This document shows positions 36,966 to 45,113 of a DNA stretch of 45,113 nucleotides, in pieces; position 1 is the first letter of the stretch; each line of letters starts with the position of its first letter. The notes below the pieces were generated by a model. That model saw only the letters and a list, made by a program, of their open reading frames with translations. It searched no databases and was not told the DNA's origin. Both the position numbers and the translations under genes were made by a program. The DNA lies in assembly GCA_910592345.1 (NCBI GenBank), contig CAJVPI010000180.1, positions 1-45,113 on the forward strand. The letters are read 5' to 3'. Source of the stretch: Paraglomus brasilianum. Lineage: Eukaryota.

Positions 36966-39900
36966 GCATCAACTTAAGGATTTACGAATTTGTTAATGTC
37001 ACACAACTATTGGGCGGAACGTGAAAAAATTGATTGGGGGGAGGAATAATAATAATAATAAGACAGTTAAGCGCGACAAAGGATGATCATGACATCATCT
37101 TCAATCGTTTCTTCTCCGCTTCTCTCCTCCTGGAGCAATTACCATTATAATAAGGATTTTTCCAGCAAGACAGCCTCATACACTGAGATGCAGCTTTGCA
37201 GTGTTACACTTCTACACTTCTCGTCTGATAATGGCAATAATTCTGTTCATTGTTGACTGGTTAGGACGTCAAAGCCTTAATCTCATACAGCGCGCCAAAT
37301 ATAGAAATTCGACTGCATCTTCAAAACTATAAATAGTCCTAAAATGCCCCTGCGCACGTACTCGCATCAAAGATCTGCAGTTCTAAGATGCGCCATCACA
37401 AGATTCCCCTCATAAAATCACATCTCTTTAAGTAGATAACGATTTGATGTTAAATATGCTGGTCGCAACTTCATGATACTAGCATTAATGAAACACTTAG
37501 CCTTTTATGATGTATGCACTTGACTAATTACTATCTTTGATTAGTAAGCGCCAAAGCAGCAAAATTCTATCTCATACCCTGAGAATGCTTATCAGACTAT
37601 CATAATCATTACCTTTGCCAAGGTATTTTTTCACTATGAAATTCCGAATCGGATTCAGTTCTTTTGTCGTATAATCGTTTTTGATCTTTCTACAACATTT
37701 CAGCCACTGAGACGGTTTCCCGTATATGTAGTCGATTGTTACAGGTTACGTATGCCGAAAGGAATTTACTCGAGAAAGTAAACATTTTTCCTTCAAGTGA
37801 ATTAGCAGTTTATTCGTTATAGCAATTATAATTATAGCAAGCGCGAATTTATACTATGTATTGTTTAATTACCTGCAATTACGTACGTAAGACAAGCGCG
37901 TTGTTTGTGCGCATTGCAACGACATTGATGCATTATAATTAATTATGGAAACAACTGAGAGTTTTTATCATTGGTCGAATTCTGCATACACGAAGACAAA
38001 CTTCCTAATACTGTAAGCAAACGTCATTGACTACGATTATCAGCACATAGCGGTAAGAAAAGAAATAGAAGTAATTGGAGTGTTGTGCTATTACTATGAA
38101 ACTATTCAACCAAGGGTGTTGTATGTCAGATTGGAATAGTAAAGATAGCCAGGTAGCAACATTATAAAAGTATTTATATGTTATTTAAACGTTTGTAAAT
38201 TTTAGCATAAAAGATGAATTATCTATATACAGTAAAAAATAGCAAGTAACTTGTGGTATTACTACATGTATTACGCCTTTTTTATAAACACTTGAATTGT
38301 CGATTATGAGGATGGCAGTTAAGTTACAAATGACTGCAGCTTTGCGACAAGCGCATCAAGCTATCGAGCAACTAGTCTTGCAACTACATTTAAATTGACC
38401 AAGCTTTGAGCTAAAGCAGGCGTTACACTTCTATTAGGTAATGTCGTCCGGCTCTGTATAATGAATACCGGGCTCAATTATTTCATTAATTGGACCACGT
38501 TATAATCTATAAACTTCGTAAAAAGCTCTTCGAATGGTTCGATTTGAGATGCCTGTAATTTCACCAATATTACATTCCCCGTTCAAACAGCACAATGAAA
38601 ATTTTGAATAGAAGATTTTATTACAACACAGACCATGATTTCGATTGTTTGATGGTGGCAAACGCTTTCATGCTATAATATTGTTATCATTAGTAAAAGA
38701 ATTTAGGAGGTGGCGAGGGAGTGGGCGGAGTAATCGACCAGCTGATGTATTGCATTAGGAGGCTTTCATATCGATAAACATTTGGGGCTCATTTAATATT
38801 ACTGTATCAGGCAACTGACGATTGAGGCATATTAATATTAATATCATTTTGAGATACAGGCTTTCGAAAGTTCGGTATCCGTTTGTCGATGTATGTCGCA
38901 CGATCAAATCAGCCACAAATGTGTAAAGATTAACAATATTCTCTATGATATGATTGAAATACATGGCTTATAACATACAGCATCAGTCTGATCCATATCC
39001 ATGTCGTCTGTAATGGCAAGAGTTGTTTCTGCAGGCAGAATTTTTTATCGTCTCTGAGAATGACAAGTGGTTTAACGCTAATATATAAGACTGGCAATGA
39101 ATATAACCAAGCACGTTTCTCGTTCTTAATGTAGGAAATGTATTGTCTAGTAAATATATTAATTTAATAAGCGTTATCTATAGCAGTCGACCTATAGCGA
39201 TAGGGCCCAACTTTTGCCGTTTTGGCAATAACCATTCAGAATAGCCACTTTTCTAATTAAGCGTTTCCCTGTACAATATTCTTTAGCTAATTCCATTGGG
39301 TAAGGCTTTTTAAGATACGATCAAATCATTGTAAATAATCAACAAATATAAATAGAAATCATTTGCCCATGACGGACGTGATTGTAATATTGTTTACATT
39401 ATGTACTTTCTCCTTTGTCATCTAAAATGGTTTCTTTGTTTGTTGTACATAATGAAATATAATCAAAATTCGAGGGGCAAACCGTTTGTTGTTCGAGTCT
39501 CGTATATCCAGAGATCAAGACGTCTAATTAGCTACGTACAATCCATCCGGAATCACCCCTATTTCTTTGACATCTGAGCTAACACACTATTTGTCTGCAT
39601 CATTGGAACCCGCTGCTTGGGTGGTATACTCAAAAAATATGTATCCAATTCTATCACTTATGATTCTATCAAGCAAAAGTGTTGTTTCTGAACCCATATT
39701 TTTTCAATCTTTAGGACATTTATAAGCGATATCCGTTATATTGAGTTTCATTGTATACAAGCGTTTTATAATCCTACGAATAATTGCAAGACCATTTAGA
39801 TTGTTAAACGAAATACAGTAGATGTCATCTTTTATATAGTTTCGTGAAGCCAATAAAAATACTATTTATCGGTTCCATACGCGCTTTCAAGTCTGAAGTT

Positions 39901-40218
39901 ACAATATAATATCATAACTAATGCGCATATGATACAGTTACATTCTCATCTATGTATTCTAAGCGAGTACCGAAATCTCTTTGCTGAGTCATTTACATGT
40001 GCAGTCTAATCACGGTTATAGCGACACTATTAATTTTACAGGGCCTCAAAGCACTTTTTATAAAATGCATTGGCCACGCCTACGAATAACATTAAATTAC
40101 AAAGTGAAAGTTTCCAGCACTGAACTTATTAAAATATGTTGTTTCTTGCTCTAGCGAACGCGTCTCCAGGTTTCTTTTTCACCGCTTTTCCCAGCTGGTA
40201 GTACGATCCAAATACCCA

Positions 40219-41840
40219 TTAATGCCATGCGGCAATAGGCTCACTTCTTCCTCTCAAATGATCCTGATAATATCCCTGTTGTGGTTGCAGATGTTGCGGT
40301 TCTCCTACTGGATATCCTGTTGCTGACGAAGGATAATAATCCCGCTCGGGAGGAGGTTGATAAGAATTTGCTGAAGATGGATACAATCCAGATGGATTAT
40401 AACGTGGGGTAGTTGATGACGGGGAAGGAGGGTAATGACTCGATGGAGAAGGGGGATAATAACTACCAGATGGCGACGGAGACGGTTGTCTTGCGGGAGA
40501 TGGTTGTCTCACTGGAGATGGCTGTCTCGCTGGAGATGGTTGTCTCGCTGGAGATGGAGTTCGCGAGAGAGGCGGATATGGCGGTTGGTTCAGTCCTGGT
40601 TGTGCTAACTGTTGTGGATATCCATATCCATTAGGTGTTATCGGTGATGTGTTTGTTGACTGTGGCAACGGTGGTGTTTGATATCTATTGTCATTCGCAC
40701 GATTCCCCATTCCTTGAGTTTGTATAGGCATCAATGGATACGTCTCTGGCGGAAGAGATCGGCTAGATGAATTATAGCCTTGTTCAAAAGGTAAAGTCTG
40801 CTTCCGATGTTGAACTGGCTCTTCAACTACTTCCTCATACACAGCGTACTGCTCCACCGGTTTACTTGCAAAAGCTAGCTTGGCCTTATACTCTTCTTCA
40901 CGTCTACGTTCCTCATACGCTTCGCCGCTCATCTCTTTGTTATGCAAGAGATCTAATTTCTGTTGTCTAATATGTGCATTCACACGATGACCTACGTAGA
41001 ATGCAATGATTGCTATTACCATAAAAATAACGCTTGCAACCATCATGTAGAGGCCGTTAGAGTATTTGGCAGTGAATTGATTCCCAAAATTCTCGGCAAC
41101 ATTCTGGACTACATTGCGATAGGTCAAGTAGTCAGTAACCATGGCGAAGAGCACTACTACTGCTGCCGCTATGGCAGTGCGAAAGGCTATTCGTAGATAG
41201 CCTCCGTTCCTTTTATCCCTAAAGTGACCACATGCTCCAATTGCTGTTGTGAGAAATGCCATAATCATTGCTATGCATACGTGAAGTTGGTGAGTTATTA
41301 TCAGTACGTGATTCATAGATAGTTACAATGCCGACAGCGATGACGATGAGGCTAAAGTCTGTAATGCATTTGCTTACCTGGAAAATGAACCAACGACGCA
41401 TATCCAGATGCATGTGAAGAGACTTTTAAAGTCGCTCCCGTAACATTGACACCATCTTTGGTCAGTATTGTTGTTTCATCTAAAGAACAGTTATTAGGTA
41501 AGTACAGAGCAATGTCTTGCAAATATAATAAGACTTGAGCAATAGCGTTGTCTATTTTTCAATCGACATGTCTTGATCTATAATCCCAATATTCATGATA
41601 CATACTGAATAGAAATCCCAGCGCAGAATTGGAACATGCAAAATTCCGCCCATTGTTACCCTGAGCGCAATATCCCCAAAGTCCAACTAGTACAAAGTCA
41701 GTACTGTTGTTGTTGCCGTCTATTTTTACAAATTGTACACTCTTAATGGCGGGGACACTGATGCATGCCACGAATATCATGAACAGTGAAAGAAAGGCCG
41801 ACAGCGTGCCGGGCGTTGCCTCTCTCCCAGAGTATGCCAT
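40219..41840 (-). CDS. SUR7/PalI/Rim9-family membrane protein with Pro/Tyr-rich tail
   Basis: N-terminal TM, GLWGYC...CS motif, three further TMs, long P/S/Y-rich C-terminus. Confidence 0.85.
40480..40560 (-). repeat. 18-bp coding tandem repeat (PSPARQ x4)
   Basis: TPSPARQPSPARQPSPVRQPSPARQPSP. Confidence 0.9.
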
Positions 41841-42449
41841 AGGAGTAAGTTGAGCAATTTCAAATTACTATGTTTTGATTATATGGTAAGGGAAAGTGAT
41901 TAATAAGAAAAGGAGCGTGGTTAAATACCAAAAATTTGAGGGGAGGGACGAAGTAGGAAGGCGGTGTCGAATTAGAGTTAAATGCTCATGGTCAAGAAGG
42001 TTAGGTAAGGTAATAGTAATAGTAATTAATGTCTAATTAAGCTGATAAATGAGACACATACAGCCACGACAGTAAATAACTATCCAAATTTAACCAATAC
42101 CGAAAGCAGAAAGCGAGTCGGGGCACCTATCTCACATGATTGCTCTCAGAATGCTGGTAAGCCACAAATAGTCATGATTGGCTGACGGTAAAAGTCAAAC
42201 CTAATTTCGAATAATAATAACAAGCCTCACGATTATCAATCAATATAAACTAAATATTTGTCACAGAAGTGGCGATGCTTTTGCCAAGAATTCTAAAAGC
42301 CACAAGAACCAGCTAAACTTCAGTTGGTAAAGACTAGTGTGCCTCTTGATCACATGTCGAGTCATGACTGCTTTTAATGTTAAGAATGCTGAAAATCGCC
42401 AATCCATAAATAAAACGACACTTACCGCATTCTCCCGAAAATAAGCAAC

Positions 42450-43720
42450 ACTTCGGAAAAATTGATTATTTTATAAAGATTAATCCGTGATATCAGTCTC
42501 ACCCAAATCGTTTGCCACGTTTTAAAGGACTTAACAATTATATCGGCAGAAATACCCTCCCATGAACGTTCCACCCCATAAACATACATCACTAAGACTT
42601 GCGCGGCGAAGATTTCCTGAGGCGGTTTCTCCAGCACCACCATCCAGGAATGTCACTCTTTTCGGAGGTTGTTTATTAATGGAGACATCGAGTGGTTGAC
42701 ATTTACTTGTTAATCCGCCCGGGATTACCGCGAAATAGACACCAGTTTCACGAAACTTTTCTTTAATCGAGTCTTCTAAGTGGCCTTTAAAAGAATCGTA
42801 CACAAACATTGCCTAACTCTCTCGTGTTCTGTTTTTCACCCTTATATCGTTAAGATAATCTACGTACCTCTCATCAAACTAGTGTCCATCCAACCATTGT
42901 TTTGAAACCAAACGATGACTCCCGGAGGCGTTTTTTCTCCACGTGGCATTTGTTTTCCTTTGAAGATGCAATTGGGGGAATTTAGACCCGTCTATTGTAA
43001 AATTTAAAAACGAAAAGGCCATTAAATAAAAAAAAAATAAATTGAATGATTAGTAAATTGGAAAAAAACGGAACTGAAAGAAATTGGAGAAGAAAATAGA
43101 GGAAAACCGGAATACGAAAGGGAATAAAATCAGAAAAGGAATTGGAAATTTAAAAAATCGGAAAGAGAAAAGCAGGAAAAAAAAAACGATACCTGCAGAA
43201 CTACCGTAAATCGGGGGTTTTTTTTTTCGTTTCCTGTGGCTCGAATATGAACCGTCTTTTCTCCCTTAGGATTGTCGTATAAACACTGGCCATATCGAAC
43301 CAGACCGGTGTTTCATCCATATTAAGGATGTTTCCTAATCTAAACGACTTTTCAATCCTTAAGTTTTTAACGAATTTTTCTAGTTGTTCCTGAGTTTTAT
43401 CAGGAAGTTTCTGAGAAATTCTGGTCCGTCTACACAACGCTAAATTGAACCTTTTCATAAAGCCCAACATCCAACGTTGAGATGTTTTAAGTCCTCCACT
43501 AAATTACCATAAAGAACCACCATTTCAAGTTCTTTTCAGATTTCTAATATTTCGGAAGAATACGGTATTTCGCTTGTTATGATCAGTCGGGCTGGGAGAG
43601 CATTTGTTTAATTCTGGCTATAAACGCGGTTTTGCTTACGCGCCTGCATAGTTAATTCTTCTTTATATTTCCAATCACTCTTGCGAAAGTATAAGTTTAC
43701 ATTTTTAACTAACAACCTGA
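42450..43720 (-). pseudogene. pogo-family DDE_1 transposase remnant with an intron (42992-43192)
   Basis: WMLGFMKRFNL..RRT, NMDETPVWFD, DGSKFP, GWMD, VYDSFKGH, IPGGLTSKCQPLDVSINK; multiple frameshifts. Confidence 0.9.
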
Positions 43721-43882
43721 AAGAAAATTTTCTATTAATGTGACTGTAAAGTGCATACAATTTGACAACAAGATGTACCCATTATCTTATTTCTAACTCT
43801 AGTTGAATATTTTACCTTAATATTAATGTCAATTTTTTGAGTCCCTATTATGGTAACTGATGCCATTCGATAAAACAAACTA

Positions 43883-44664
43883 CAAGTGAAACTCGATAAG
43901 CCGAAGGTCGCGGGAAGGGACAATTTATTCGGCTTATCGAGATTTTCGTTTTATCAAATTTCGCAATAAGTCGAATTTATATATAGTTTACACAAGCTTT
44001 CGGCTTATAACAGCACTTTATATAAACTTTATTAATGATAAAATGAAAAAATACTCGTTTGCTGTAGCATATTCTGTTGTTTAGTCTCAATCGCTCTCTT
44101 TAACTTTTTTAGATTGGATAAGAAGGCAGTATCAACTTGAAGCTCACATCACAATCTTGAGTAATATACAGAAGCAAAGAATTGATACAAAGAGATTATT
44201 TTTCAAGGCCAGTCAACGTCTTTTGGTTTACTTTTTTCTTTGCTGCTTTATTTCTTGAATCGTAACAAATTTGAAGAGCCACCACTTGTTGAACTTTCTC
44301 CACGATCGTTCATTCTGAAATATTAATCAAATGAAAGAGTTAATTGAAACTTTCCCCGTAAAAATATATACAAGCCACGCGCGCGAAATGGATGCAATCA
44401 AGCGATTGAATTGTCTGCACTAATAGTATGGTCTGATTTCGATCATGGTATTTAAGAACGAACCAATCAAGATAAATTCACGTGATTACTTCGGTATATC
44501 GAGATAAGTCAGTTAGCGTTAGCCAAAAATCTTCGGCTTATCGTTTAACGCGAATTTACTAATTAATTTCGGCTTAGGCTATAATAAAATTTTGGAAAAT
44601 CAAAAAAACTTCGGCTTAATGCTATTTCGGCTTAGCATGACTTCGGCTTATCGAGTTTCACTTG
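43883..44664. mobile_element. Non-autonomous pogo/Tigger-type element, 782 bp
   Basis: Perfect 24-bp TIR caagtgaaactcgataagccgaag, TA TSD, repeated subterminal ttcggctta; minus-strand remnant ending QQTSIFSFYH*. Confidence 0.92.
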
Positions 44665-45113
44665 TATGTGATACGACAGTTGAGTCAACTGGGCGCGTGA
44701 TGAACAAAAGTCTTTACAAAAAAACTAGTCATCTGGTTTAGGCTGAATTTAAATTGTTCTCCTATTGAAAACCTGACTTTTTTATATGAAATCAGTACTC
44801 TATCTTCGAACTGGCGTTCCGAGATTTTGAGCGCGATCACGGTTCTGAATGGATGCTTCTAGCTGTGAACGGCGATTTTGTAAAACGGCGATTTGATCAT
44901 GTGATCGCTGCGGTACTGAGATAGAGTGATGATCATTTCGACTGCGTTACCGAAATCTAAGTCTGAAACGATTAATTTTATATTTACTTTTTATTGGATA
45001 TTAGTTAGCTGCGGTAGTTAGAAATCGGTTCAAAAATGTATTTAAAGACATGCTATCCCAGCATGCAAACGCATCGGTTTTGGTCTTCGGATCAATTCTG
45101 ATCAAACTCTGAA

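Noticed and set aside
37000..40200. 3-kb intergenic stretch searched for ncRNA or genes
   Set aside because: No convincing ORF, tRNA, repeat or structure seen by eye
44920..44970. C/D-box-like GTGATGA...CTGA with a small hairpin
   Set aside because: Only about 42 nt from box C to box D and no identifiable guide; insufficient support

Overview
Intron-rich fungal nuclear DNA, most consistent with an arbuscular-mycorrhizal/Glomeromycotina genome (inference from gene style and repeat families). Host genes: an orphan 3-exon gene, a KH-like/DUF7905-like gene head-to-head with a full-length PAZ-containing Dicer, Nas6/gankyrin, SUMO, RBM48, an mS34-like protein, eIF2A (with an AT-AC U12-type intron), ATG4 and a SUR7/PalI protein. 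Accessory DNA: a possible Helitron 3' end, a decayed Polinton/Maverick-like viral module (A32-type packaging ATPase; integrase tail fused to a Zn-ribbon PD-(D/E)XK nuclease), a decayed Fanzor2/IS607-TnpB nuclease with candidate omegaRNA hairpins, nested TA-flanked MITEs, Crinkler-like, Sola-like and pogo remnants, and an AT-rich island that reads best with TGA=Trp (possible Mollicutes-endobacterial transfer). Family calls come from recalled motifs and hand translation, not database searches; exon boundaries were hand-derived.
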